A program made the translations under genes and the position numbers. Shown one piece after another: positions 39,392-52,658 of a DNA stretch of 64,000 nucleotides; the stretch's first letter is position 1, and each line of letters opens with the position of its first letter. A model generated the notes under the pieces. It was not told the DNA's origin, did no database searches, and saw only the letters and a list, made by a program, of their open reading frames with translations. The stretch spans positions 25,556,464 to 25,620,463 of the forward strand of contig NC_043011.1 in NCBI RefSeq assembly GCF_006345805.1, in the 5' to 3' direction. Source of the DNA: Octopus sinensis (lineage: Eukaryota).

Positions 39392-40499
39392 TTATAGTTT
39401 ATATGTGTATGTATGAACGTATATGAATGCCTTTTGATAAGGAAGGATTAAGAACTTATTCTAGCCATAGATAAATTCTTACATATAAATCATACCCATA
39501 TACGACCTGAAGACTAGAGTTTATGTGTGTGTGTTTGTGTGCGTGCGTGTGTGTGCGTGCGTGTATGTGTGTGTGTGTGTGTGTGCGTGTGTGTGTGTCT
39601 GTCTGTGTTTGCATGTATGTATATGAAGGATTGTAGTTAATAAGATTTATATATTAATATGGCTGATCAGTATACTATGACTAGCTACACACACACACAC
39701 ACACATATATATATCATCATCATCATCATCATCTTCGTTTAACATTCGCCTTCAATGCTGGCATGGGTGGGATGGTTTGACAGGAGCTGGTCAGGTAGAA
39801 GCTTGCACTAGACTTCTGTGACTGTTTTGACTGGTTTTTTTACAGCTGGATACCCTTTCTAACATCAACATATATGTATCATCATTATCATCATCGTTTA
39901 ATATCCGCTTTCCATGCTAGCATGAGTTGGACGATTTTGACTGAGGGCCGGCGAGCCAGATGGCTGCACCAGGCTCCAGTCTTGATCTGGCAGAGTTTCT
40001 ACGGCTGGATGCCCTTCCTAACGCCAACCACTCTGAGAGTGTAGTGGGTGCTTTTTACGTGCCACCGGCACGGGGGCCAGTCAGGCGGTACTGGCAATGA
40101 CCTCGCTCGAGTCTTTTAACACATGCCACTGGCACAGGTGCCAGTGAATGGTAACGTTGGTAATGATCACGCTCAAATGGTGCCCTTTTACGTGCCACGG
40201 GTACAGAAGCCTGTTGGCTGCTCTGGCAATGATCACGCTCGGATGGTGCTCTTGGCACCCTACTAGCACAGGCATAAGTACCAGTAAGGCGACGCTGGTA
40301 ACGATCATACTTGAATAGCCGCTCTGTTAACGATCACACTCATATGGTGCTCTTTGCATCCCGCTAGCACGGATGCCAGTCATCGAACTGATTTTGATTT
40401 TGATTTTGATTTTACTTGCCTCAACAGGTCTTCGCAAGCAGAGTTTAGTGACCGTTATTACTTAACGGTTGTCCTTGTTATTAATGGACTTCTGTAATT

Positions 40500-40646
40500 G
40501 ATGGGTTGTTAACAGTACAGGGAGGGTTTTAAAAGTCCAAATACACGTTAAATAAATACTGTAAATATGGTGTCCCTAGTTTGCGGAAATTCAGTTATCG
40601 TGGCCGGTCTCGGAACCAATCTACTGCGATAAATGAGGGATCACTG
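40500..40646 (-). mobile_element. pogo/Tigger-like transposon terminus
   Basis: Reverse complement reads TA-cagtgatccctcatttatcgc, like Tigger TIRs. Confidence 0.6.
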
Positions 40647-42279
40647 TATATGTCTCTGCAGGAAGATTAAAGATAATTTTTTTAAAACCATTGTCCACTT
40701 TAATTGTGTGAATCTTCTAAATAGAAACCACTCAATCCTCCTCCTCCTCCTCCTCCTCCTCCTCTGTTGTGCAGCTCACCTGATGATGTGCCATGTCTCA
40801 TATGACTTGTTTCTTGAAAAAGGTTACCTATGCCTATTCTTGACCATAGAGACAATAAAAATATGTGTTCCTATATTTTAATCCAAGTTTTAAACCGTAC
40901 ACTGTGAGATACTACTGTCTTTTTAATATATGGAGCTTGGAATGTTGTTTTGTTAGTACTAAAGCTTGTGCCTTCATGTAGAATGTCAAATGTTGTCAAG
41001 ACCTAAATATATACAAAGGGCATTCAAGCCATGACCATGTTTATTTTTCAGAAATAGTATGCTGTGGGTCGCATTTCCTGATGCATCCTTTTGTACTTAA
41101 GGTGGGAGGGTGTGGATTTAGAAGGAAATTTGGCTACTGTTTCTAGCCAGTCGAATAATCACACTAGCATTGTCATTCGCTTGCTTGTCTGTCAGGTTTG
41201 GTTCAGTCCCTCTTTCTTCAGCCAATTGACTATAAGTAAACTCTTGGTCATGAATTGTAAATGAAATGTTATGGTCCCAGATAATATTCCAAATCACCCC
41301 TCACATTCTGTGTCGTCCTTGTCATCCAGTGTTTTAAAACTGAAGTAGGCAAGTGCAGCCCACCCCAACCTTTGGCCTGGCTGGTGCCCATTCTCCTTTG
41401 CTATCATGAGGCTTTTTATGGAGCTGGATTTTCTACGGGGAGTATGCCCATGCTTACCCCCAACCTCAGTTTCTAGATATAAGTGGTCCCTAGACCAGGG
41501 CCTCTTCCATGATTTTTAAGAAATGTGGTGGAAAACTAACTCAGGAGGGCAGGGATGCTACTCTCTAAGACCCCTTTCGGAGCCCCACTACACTATATTG
41601 CTCAATTTTAGATTGCATACATAATAATAGATATCATTATGTTTTAATTGAGGTCCTTTAAAATATAAATTGCTATTTCTTAATCAAATATTGGAATATA
41701 CGCATTTGATGGTATTTTAAAATGTTACACTACTGGAGTAGTTATTCCTTGTAAATAAAACTAAAAATCTGTTTTTAATTGGCCTTGACAGTAATCATGT
41801 ACTACCTCTATAGCAAATCACCTGGTTCTGCCCCTCTGTCTCTCTGTCACACCCTAAGCCTTTCATCATCTGACACAGTGCTCTATTCCCTCTCAAAGAT
41901 TCCTTGCAAGATACTTGGTTACCCTGCCAGTGCTGATGCCATGCAAAAAGCATCCAGTCCACACTGTAAAGTGGTTGGCATTTTGGAAGGGCATCTAACT
42001 GTAAAAACCATGCCAAAACTTACCTTGCTGGTGCTGGTGCCACATAAAAAGCACTCAGTCCACTCTGCAGGGTGGTTGTTGTTAGGAAGGGCATCCAGCT
42101 GTAAAAACCATGCCTAAACAGACACAGAAGTCTGGTGTAGTCTTCTGTCTGGCTGGCTCCTGTCAAACCATCCAACCCATGCCAGCATAGAAGGCAGATG
42201 TTAAACAATGATGATGATAATGATGATGATGAATCAATGTATAAATATAGAATACATATACTATATTTATACATTGTTT

Positions 42280-42720
42280 ATACATTACCGAACTCTCTGT
42301 TATCACCAAACACTTTGTCATCACCAGATTCTTGGTCATCACAAAACTATCTCTGTCATCACCAAAATTCTCTCTGTCATCAACGAACCACAACTATCAT
42401 CAGTAAGCTATCATTGTAACCACCAAGCTATTACTGTCATCACTAAACTCTTTGTCATCACAAAACTCTGTCATCACGAAACTGTCACTGTCATCATCGA
42501 ACCATTCATGTCATCACCAAAATCTCTGTTATCACCTAACGCATTGCCTTCTGCAAACTCTCTCTGTCATCACTAAACCCTAAACTTTATGTCATCACAA
42601 ATCTATCTCATCATCAAACTGTCACCATCATCCTCAAACTCTCTGTCAGCACCGAACTCTTTGCCATAACCAAAGTTCTCTCTGTTATCATTAACCCTTC
42701 AGTTACCAAACTTCCTGAGA
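42280..42720. repeat. Degenerate about 18-20 bp tandem repeat (ctctctgtcatcaccaaa)
   Basis: More than 15 diverged units. Confidence 0.75.
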
Positions 42721-43659
42721 TTGGCTCTGGTTCTTTGATAAAAAAAATGTTTTAAAGTGATCCAAATTTTTAAAAAAATAACTTCCTTCAAAATTTTATG
42801 TTAATTTATGTTTCAAACACCAACTTAATAATGGTTTCAAATTTGGCATGAGGCCAGCAGTTTTGGGTGAAGGTATAAATTGTTTACATTGACCCCCCTA
42901 CCCAGTATTCAACTGGTACTTATTTCATCAACCCTGAAAGAATGAAAAGCAAAATCAATCCCAGGGGAATTTGAACTCAGAATGTAAAGTCAGATGAAAT
43001 GCTGCAACACATTTTGACCAGTGTAGCAACAATTCTGTCAACTCACTGCCTTAAACACCAACTTAACAACGACAAAGTTGTTTTACTAAATTCTTCGTCA
43101 TTATTTTCAAAGTCAATGAAAACAAAGGTAGTGTATTTTAAAAGGAAATACAGCAACTAAAGGATTTGACCATAATTATCAAACACCAAAACTCTCTGTT
43201 ACTTTTTTACTTGTTTCAGTCATATGACTGTGGCCATGCTGGAGTACCGACTTAAGTTGAGCAAATCGACCCCAGGACTTATTCTTTGTAAGCCTAGTAC
43301 TTATTCTATCGGTCTCTTTTGCCGAACCATTAAGTTACAAGGCTTTGGTTTGTCCAAGTCTATTGTAGAGGACACTTGCCCTAGGTGCCACGCAGTGGGA
43401 CTGAACCCGGAACCATGTGATTGGTAAGCAAGCTACTTACCACACAGCCACTTCTATCAACAAACACCTTACATCACTATCAAAACTTCTCACCTGTCAT
43501 CTCTAAGCTGACTGTGAAATCCTGTTTCAGCCTTCTCCACCTCACACTTCAATTTCCTCCTTCTCAAAACCTAACCTTGTTTGTTTTTCTAATCTACTGT
43601 GTTTAAATTCCAATGTTTGTATTTCATTACAGGCCGTCCAACTATTACAGACTAATTAA

Positions 43660-43860
<201 letters not shown>

Positions 43861-43974
43861 TAATTTGTTGCAACAGATTCTGTGGTTGTCATCGCTGCTA
43901 TCTGCTGTTTAAAAACCACCACTACTGCCACCACCCTCACCACCACTCTCACCACCACTACCACCACCACCCTG

Positions 43975-44875
43975 ACCACCGCCCACCACCCTGATCACCA
44001 CCCACCATACTGACCACCGCCCACCACCTCATCACTGCCCACCACCCTGACCACCGCCCACCACCTCATCACTGCCCACCATCTCACCACTGCCCACCAC
44101 CCTCACCACAACCCTCACTACCGCCAACCACCATCACCGCCGCCCACCACCTCACCACCGCCCACCACCTCACCACCGCCCACCACCTCACCACCGCCCA
44201 CCACCTCACCACCGCCCACCACCTCACCACCGCCCACCACCTCACCACCGCCCACCACCTCACCACCGCCCACCACCTCACCACTGCCCACCACCCTCAC
44301 CACAACCCTCACTACCGCCAACCACCATCACCACCGCCCACCACCTCACCACCGCCCACCACCTCACCACCGCCCACCACCTCACCACCGCCCACCACCT
44401 CACCACCGCCCACCACCTCACCACCGCCCACCACCTCACCACCGCCCACCACCTCACCACTGCCCACCACCTCACCACCGCCCACCACCTCACCACCGCC
44501 CACCACATCACCACTGCCCACCACCTCACCACCGCCCACCACCTCACCACCGCCCACCACCTCACCACCGCCCACCACCTCACCACCGCCCACCACCTCA
44601 CCACCACCTCACCACTGCCACCACCTCACCACCGCCCACCACATCACCACCGCCCACCACATCACCACCGCCCACCACCTCACCACCGCCCACCACCTCA
44701 CCACCGCCCACCACCTCACCACTGCCCACCACCTCACCACCGCCCACCACCTCACCACCGCCCACCACATCACCACCGCCCACCACCTCACCACCGCCCA
44801 CCACCTCACCACTGCCCACCACCTCACCACCGCCCACCACATCACCACCGCCCACCACCTCACCACTGCCCACCA
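43975..44875. repeat. 18-bp GC-rich minisatellite (accgcccaccacctcacc)n, about 50 units
   Basis: Highly homogeneous units. It explains the VVRWWA/GGGEVV ORFs. Confidence 0.95.
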
Positions 44876-44958
44876 CCGCCACCGCCTCCGCTGCTGCCAC
44901 TGCTGCTCCTTCATACCTATAAACTGTGAGTTGAGATGGTAGTTCAATGCTGTAACCC

Positions 44959-45215
44959 CAGTGATTCTCAATCAGGTTCCATATGGCCCTTGGGGGTCCA
45001 TATAAGATTTTGTTGTTAAAATTTGTCTGCGATAAATTGCTTATACACAAAATAATTTAACAATTTTTTAAAATGCAATTCCTAATAATATTTAATTATG
45101 AAAATATTTTATAGCATTTTATTAAACAATGAATGGCTAGTAGGTGGGGGGGTTCCATCTGTGTAAAATAGGAACCAAAGGGATCCATAGGTAAAAGAAT
45201 GGCTGAGAAACACTG
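44959..45215. mobile_element. hAT-like MITE
   Basis: Ends cagtgattctca / tgagaaacactg. TSD is only 5/8. Same family as 60021-60875. Confidence 0.7.
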
Positions 45216-45428
45216 TTTTGCCCTGTGACAAACAAGCAAGTGAATGACGATGTTAGTGTGATTATTCAACTGGCTAGAAACAGTAGCCAAATTTCCTTCT
45301 AAATCCACACCCTCCCACCTTAAGGATACATCAGGAAATGTGACCCACTGTTTTGCCCTAACCACACAGCCATCCTCATTAACCAGCATCACATGTCATA
45401 AAACACCTAACTCTCTCACCTCTTTCAG

Positions 45429-45543
45429 CCAGTTGACCTTCTCTATACACCTCCCACTGACCAAGATCATCAGATTTGCCATCTTCTATATCCTGGTACA
45501 CTCTGTAGCAGACTTCACAACGAACAAGAGGACCTGAGACATC
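45429..45543 (+). CDS. CCDC177: CCDC177-like exon 2 (PVDLLYTPPTDQDHQICHLLYPGTLCSRLHNEQEDLRH)
   Basis: Acceptor ctctttcag, donor C|GTAAGT. The phase-0 start continues the VK|PV(D/E)LL motif. Confidence 0.85.
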
Positions 45544-45549
45544 GTAAGT

Positions 45550-45750
45550 AATCCTTTCTACTAAAGGCACAAGGCATGAAATTTTTTGGGGGTGGATTAG
45601 TCGATTGCATCAACCCCAGTGTTTCACTAGAACTTAATTTATCGACCCTGAAAGGATGAAATGTAAAGTTGACCTTGGTGGAATTTGAACTCAGAATGCC
45701 ACTAAGCATTTTGCCTGGCGTGCTAATGATTCTGCCAGCTTGCTGTCTTA
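45550..45750 (-). mobile_element. SINE family A copy abutting the donor of CCDC177-like exon 2
   Basis: SINE tail begins within about 6-10 nt of the GTAAGT at 45544. Confidence 0.8.
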
Positions 45751-45944
45751 GACAATGTAAATAATGACACAACATAAGCAACAACATGAGCAGCAGTAGT
45801 AGCAGCAGTAGCAGCAGCAACAACTACAACTATGGCAACAGCAGTAGTAATAGCAGCTGCATAAGCAACTGCAGAGACAACAGTAAAAACAAAGGCAACA
45901 ATAGTTGCAATTACAACAATAGCTGTAGCAATAGGAACAACAAG

Positions 45945-46280
45945 AATATTGGCAATAGCAACAATAGCAACAACAGTAGCAGTGGTAACAACAAGAGTAG
46001 CAATAGTAACAATAAGAATGTTGGCAATAGTAACAACAAGAGTAGCAATAGTAACAATAAGAATGTTGGCAATAGTAACAACAAGAGTAGCAATAGTAAC
46101 TATAAGAATGTTGGCAATAGTAACAACAAGAGTAGCAATAGTAACAACAAGAATATTGGCAATAGTAACAACAAGAGTAGCAATAGTAACAACAAGAATA
46201 TTGGCAATAGTAACAACAACAGTAGCAATAGTAGCAACAAGAATATTGGCAATAGTAACAACAACAGTAGCAAGAGTAAC
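45945..46280. repeat. 45-bp minisatellite (aatagtaacaacaagagtagcaatagtaacaataagaatgttggc), about 7 units
   Basis: Built from AAC/AGC/AAT triplets. Gives the 15-aa periodic NSNNKSSNSNNKNVG ORF. Confidence 0.9.
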
Positions 46281-47454
46281 AAGCTGTAGAAACTGTAATA
46301 TCAGTAACCTTAGCAACTGGAACATTTGCAATAGTAATGGCAGTAATAAAATAATGAATGCACCCTTTTAAAGCCTGGCCAGGCTCATGGGCTTGGTTTC
46401 TATGGCGTATGTGTTCCCCAGCTGGATGGGACGCCAGTCCATTGCAGCGTTACTCATTTTTGCCAGCTGAGTGGACTGGAGCAACATGAAATGAAGTGTT
46501 TTGCTCATGGACAAAATGCGTCGCTCAGTCCAGGAATCGAAACCACAATCTTACCATCATGATACTGACACCCTAACCACTAAGCCATGCACCTCCACAG
46601 TAATGGCAGTAGTATACTAAAAACAAAATAAGCAATAGCAACAGCATTATCAATGGTAACAACATTAGCAATGGTGATGACAACAGTAACAATAGTAGCA
46701 ATAGTAACAACAACAACAGTAGTCATGGTAGCATCAACACACTCTACATGTTAACTCTGCTAAAACACACATTCAAAGGGACCTGGTAAACAGTTATGTC
46801 CGAGGGCCCTTAATACTCTCAGTCTGCCTCTGATCACAGCTGTAGCAATAGTAACTTTAACAATGATAGCAACTGCATCATTAGCAATAGTAACAGCAGC
46901 AACAACTGTAACAATAGTAACAACAACAATAGCAAGAGTAACAACAACAATGGCAATAGTAATGACAATATTAGTAGGAGTAACACCATCACCATCACCA
47001 CCACCAACAGCAACAACAACAACAGCAGTAGCAACAGCTTTTCCAATGGTAACAACATTAGTAATGACAATAATCATTGTAATATTAGCAACAGCAATAA
47101 TAGTAATAATAGCAAGAACAATAACAATAGCAACAACAACAGTAGCAATAATAACAAAGCCAACAATAACTGCATTAGCAATATTGGTTTCAAATTTTGG
47201 TGCAAGGCCAGCAATTTCGGTGTTGCGGGGTAAGTGGATTACCTTAACCCCAGCGCTCAACTGGTACTTATTTTATCGACCCTCAAAGGGATGGAAAGGT
47301 AAAATCGACCTTGGCACAATTTGAACTCAGAATGTAAGGACAAGCGAAGTGCCATTAAGCACTTCGCCTGGCTTGCTAACGACTCTGCCAGCTTGCCATC
47401 TTAACTGCATTAGCAACATAAACAACAGTCTTAACAAGAACAACAACAATAGTG

Positions 47455-47556
47455 ATAACAACAATGACTACTACTACTACTACTACTACAACTACTACTA
47501 CTACTACTACTACTGCTGCTGCTACTGCCGCTGCCACTGCCACCACCACCACCACC

Positions 47557-47604
<48 letters not shown>

Positions 47605-47699
47605 GCTGCTGCTGCTGATGCCACTGCCGCCGCCACCACTAGCACTAGCACCACCACCAATACCACCACCACCAGCACCACCACCAGCACCACCACCTT

Positions 47700-47744
<45 letters not shown>

Positions 47745-47763
47745 CACCACCACCACCACCACC

Positions 47764-47809
<46 letters not shown>

Positions 47810-47840
47810 TTACTACTACTACTACTATCACTACTACTAC
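47455..47840. repeat. Compound (ACT)n/(ACC)n/(GCT)n microsatellite
   Basis: Direct reading. Confidence 0.95.
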
Positions 47841-48239
47841 AGTAGCCATAAAATATTTTGTGAAAGCAATCCCTGGAACCAATGGTTTGAGCAACCATTG
47901 GTTCCCAGGATATTAACCATAATTATGCCATAAATTGCCTTTCATTGCCAGCATCATCATCACCACAGCAGACATCAATGTTTGCAGCTGCTGCTGATGC
48001 TGCTGTTGTCGATGCTGCTGATGTTTGCTGCTCTTAAAGGCTGGTGCTACTGTTTCTATTGCTGCTGTTAAAAGACCCTGCTGCCGTTGCTGCTGCTGTT
48101 AAAAGGTTGTTGCTCTCTGGTGTCTCTGCTACTGCTGCTGCTCCTGCTGCTGATCTTGCATATTTTATGTTCCTCCTGCTTTATTTTTTCTTTCTTACTA
48201 GTTTCAACTAGTGGGCTGTGGCCATGCTGGAGTGTATCA

Positions 48240-48624
48240 TCTCTCTCTATATAAACGGCAGTTTGTCTGTGCGTGTTTCTGTGTGTCTGTTTGCTTGTAC
48301 CCTCACTCTGACCACGGCTTTCAACCGATTCTGATGAAACTTGACACACACATAGCCCAATGTCATAATTCAATACTAACGCAGCGAAAATTTTGAAAAG
48401 TTCCCCCAGTTCTGAAAAAAATCGATAAATTCGACATGGGGTCGAGAATCAGAAACCCAAACCTCAGACCGTCTAGGGGACGCAACTCCACCTTTTTTAA
48501 CTCTCAAAAAAAATTTACCATCATTTTTTTTCCATTTTTTTGCTATTTTTTGGCTATAACTCTCTAAAAATGCTTTATAGTTATTTCCCTTACAAACCTG
48601 AGCAACGCCGGGCGATACTGCTAG
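48240..48624 (+). mobile_element. Non-autonomous Helitron A
   Basis: 5' TC after A, GC-rich subterminal hairpin, 3' CTAG before T, no TSD. Confidence 0.8.
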
Positions 48625-51547
48625 TTTTATTTATTTTTATGAATCATTTTTTCATTTGCATCATTTCCTTTAGATTTTAATGGCATTTAAAAAAAATTTC
48701 ATTGACAAGTTTTTAAAAATATTTTTGTTGTTGTTTTCATCTTTTCTGTTTATTATTTTTGTTGTTTTGTAGGTAACGATGGTTTGCATTGGTGGCTGTG
48801 TGTGTGTGTGTATGTGTGCGTGTGTGTGTGTGTATGTGTGTGAGCATGTATATGCATATGTGTATAAGTGTGTGTATGTGTGCATATGTGTGTATATGTG
48901 TGTGTACAGGTATTTATGTGTGTGTATGTGTATGCATGTAAACATGTACATGTGTATGCATGTGCATGTGTATGTGTATGTATGTGTGCATGTATGTGTG
49001 TATGTGTGTATATATGTGTGAGTGTATGTGCATGCATGTATGTGGTTAAGTGTATGCATGTATGTATGTATTTGTGTGTGCATGTGTATATATGTGTCTA
49101 TGTGTGTGTATGTGCATGTGTATGTATGTGTGCATGTATATACACACATACATGTGTATATATGTGTGAGTGTATGTGCATGCTTGTATGTGGGTATGTG
49201 TATGCATGTATGTATGTATTTGTGTATGCATATGTATATGTGTCTATGTGTGTGTGTATGTGTATGTGTGTGCATGTATGCATGTACGTGTACCTATGTG
49301 TGAGTGTTTGTGTATGCAGGGCTGTCACTGCATGGCCAAATTGTTAAGAAGTTTGCTTCACAATCACAAAGTCCCAGATTGACTTCCACAGCTTAACATC
49401 TTGGGGATGTATCATTTTCCACAGCCTCAGCTCAGCCCAAGCCTTGTAAGTGACATTGCAAATATGGAAACTGTGTTGAAGCCTCTCAGATGGATCATCC
49501 TGTAATTCAAAGGTCCAGTTTTGTAACACGCTGTGCTGTACTGTTTCTCTTTGATGATTAAGCATACATTAAGAGCACACATCTTTTGGAATACTCAGCC
49601 ACTTATAGGTTAACATACACACATACACACTTATACATATCTGTATACACGCATACATACACACATACACACATATACACAGACACACATACATGTACAT
49701 CTATTGCATATGTAGAAAATTTGTGTATGTTTTTTGTGGCATTGTTAGCTAACTCCTTCTACATCATTTTATTGATTTTAATGAAACTTAACATGTGAGT
49801 AGAACTCATGTCTGGAAACCTCATGACATACTTAGATTGTTGAAAAATTGATAATACAGCCCTTGGAAGGGACCTTTATATCTATATCATATAACTAATT
49901 TTTTTAAAAACTTTCAAGTGAAATAACTCATAGCACCCATACACTATTGCTTATTAAACACTGAAGGGAAATAACCCATTTCATTGTTTCTGTTTGATTA
50001 CTTTGAATATTACTCTTTTGTGTGTCCTATTTCTAATTTTTGCAGACAATATCACTTTTATACTTTGATATGCGAGTAGAACTCATGTCCGGAAACCTCG
50101 TGACATAATTAGATTGTTGAAAAAAAAAATCGATTATAGGACCCTTCCAATGGATCCTTCTATCTACTACATATTACTAATGTTTTATTTAAACAACTCA
50201 AGGGAAATAACCCATACCACCAGCAGATTTTAGCAAAGCAATCAATATTTGATTCTCACAGTCAGCCAACCTAATTCTGCATTTCACTACTCACAGTTTT
50301 GAACTGCTAAACATTATTATTGCACTTCCTTAATTTGAATCTTAAACCTTAAAGACATCATTCATACATTTCTATACATACATACTTTTTTTAATGCCCA
50401 TTACTCCGATAATTCTGCATTTTTACAGTTACACTTTTTCCACAACAGATAAATTTTTTTATTCCACAAAGTATTTGTTGTGGCTTCATGCAGGCGTAGC
50501 GTGGATTCAATCCTCGATTGCCAAATTTCTCTTTTCTCACGGTAAAACTATTTTTTCTGTGAATGACAGCAGTTATACATTTCTCAGATGCTTTCGCATA
50601 GCAGAATAATGTCTTTGCCTCTTGCCAACTTCAAGCAACCTCTCTCACCAACTTCTGACAATCTTTCTCGTCAACCTCCAAAAATCTCTCTCGCCAACCC
50701 CCAACAATCTCTCCCTCCTCCAGCTGACAGTTTTTGTACTTTTTTGTGATGGAAAATACACCTTTTGTGGCAGTTATAACGAAATTGCTTTCTTATATCA
50801 GAGTAATGAGATGTTTCTATAGAACATCTTTACCCCAAGGAATTACCGAGCATACCAGCTAGTATATACATATATACACACATACATACATACACATACA
50901 TATATACATACACACACATACATACACACATACACACATGCCTACACATATACATGCATACATACATACACACATACATACATATACAGATACACACATA
51001 CATATACATATATGCATACATACTCACATACATACAAGTACATGTATACACACATACACACATACATACATGCATACATACATACATACATACACACATA
51101 CATACATACAAACATACATACACACATACACATATACATGCATGTATACATACATACACACATGCATACACACATACATACGCACATATGCATACACACT
51201 CACATACATACATGTACATATATCTGTGTAAAAAGTTTGAATTAGATTCATCCTTTAATTTGGAGGTTTCCAAAAAAAGATTTCTAATACAGATTCTTCA
51301 TATTTTGCTGGTAGCATATTTACTGGCATAAAATTGCAAATATAAAAATAATACATGTATATGATGTGTTGTGAATTTATGGAAAGAAACCCCATAAAAC
51401 TCAACAATTTTGATAAAAATGGAGAAAAGGTGTTAAAATATATAAGAGAATTTTGTTTCATGCAGATGATCGTTTCGTACAGCAATATAAAAATCATACA
51501 AATTTATGGTTGAATAGAATTAATTAAATTAATTAGATTAAATTAAA

Positions 51548-51947
51548 TCTATATATATAAAACTGTAGTTGTGTGAGTGTCTGTCCCCTTCGATTTAGAT
51601 TCCTAACTACTCCCACATTTTGCGGTGCAGTTTAACCAAAACCGGGTATCTTATAGTCGTGATTCATATCGAGCCCTTCTGGGTATTAGCGCGCGTCTAC
51701 GATGAGTCTCGATTTAAAAAAAAATTTACCATAATTTTTTTCCATTTTAATGCATCTTTTTCGCTATTATATAAGGGAAGTAACTCTCTAAAATGTCTAC
51801 GATGAGTCAAACGATTTAAAAAAAAAATTACCATAATTTTTTTTCCATTTTTAATGCATTTTTTGCTATTTTTTGGCTATAACTCTCTAAAATGCTTATA
51901 TAGTTATTTCCCTTACAAACCCGAGCAACACCGGGCGATACTGCTAG
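51548..51947 (+). mobile_element. Non-autonomous Helitron B
   Basis: A|TCTATATATATAAA ... cccgagcaacaccgggcgatactgCTAG|T. 3' 130 bp shared with Helitron A. Confidence 0.85.
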
Positions 51948-52627
51948 TTAATTATATATCACAGTATTCTACAGTGCAAGAAGTATAAAAAAATTTTTTT
52001 TTACAAAGGACTTGAGAAACGAAACAGCAAATAGGTTCTTATTTATCCTTATGAGAAGAAAGATATGTGTTCATCCAGTTAGGTATTAGCTGAAACATAT
52101 ATGCATACATACATACGCACATACATACATGCATACACATATACATACATACACACACATACATACACACATATACACATACACACATACATATACATAT
52201 ATGCATACATACTCACATCCATACAAGTACATGTATACACGCATACATACATACATAAATACATACACACAAACAAACATATATACATACACACGCAAAT
52301 ATACATACATACATACATACATACATACATACATACACATACATGCATACATACAGACATGCATACACACATACATACACATACACAACAGCTATAGCCA
52401 TCGGTGGATGGTTAAGTCAGTCCTGCAACTGAATAGTTTTCATCAAAAATTGATTAAGATGCCTTTTTTTTATTGTTTTGTTTGAATGAATGTGTGTGTG
52501 TGTGTGTGTATGTATGAGAGAGAGAATCTATGTGTATATGTGTGTGTTAGTGTGTGTTTAGTGTATTGTGTTTAATGTGTGTGTTTTTGTTATTATTTGG
52601 TGAGTCCAGTTCTATGTAGTCTGTTCT

Positions 52628-52658
<31 letters not shown>

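Noticed and set aside
45786-46289. 167-aa Ser/Asn-rich ORF
   Set aside because: Product of the 45-bp minisatellite, with no acceptor or donor linking it to the surrounding gene.
48325-48342. CUGAUGAAAC within Helitron A
   Set aside because: No stem II or GAAA arrangement; an ordinary part of the element.
50588-50750. Ser/Pro-rich reading frame after an acceptor-like site, as a candidate missing CCDC177-like exon
   Set aside because: Wrong phase, ends in a stop with no donor, and the sequence is a degenerate 22-nt tandem repeat.
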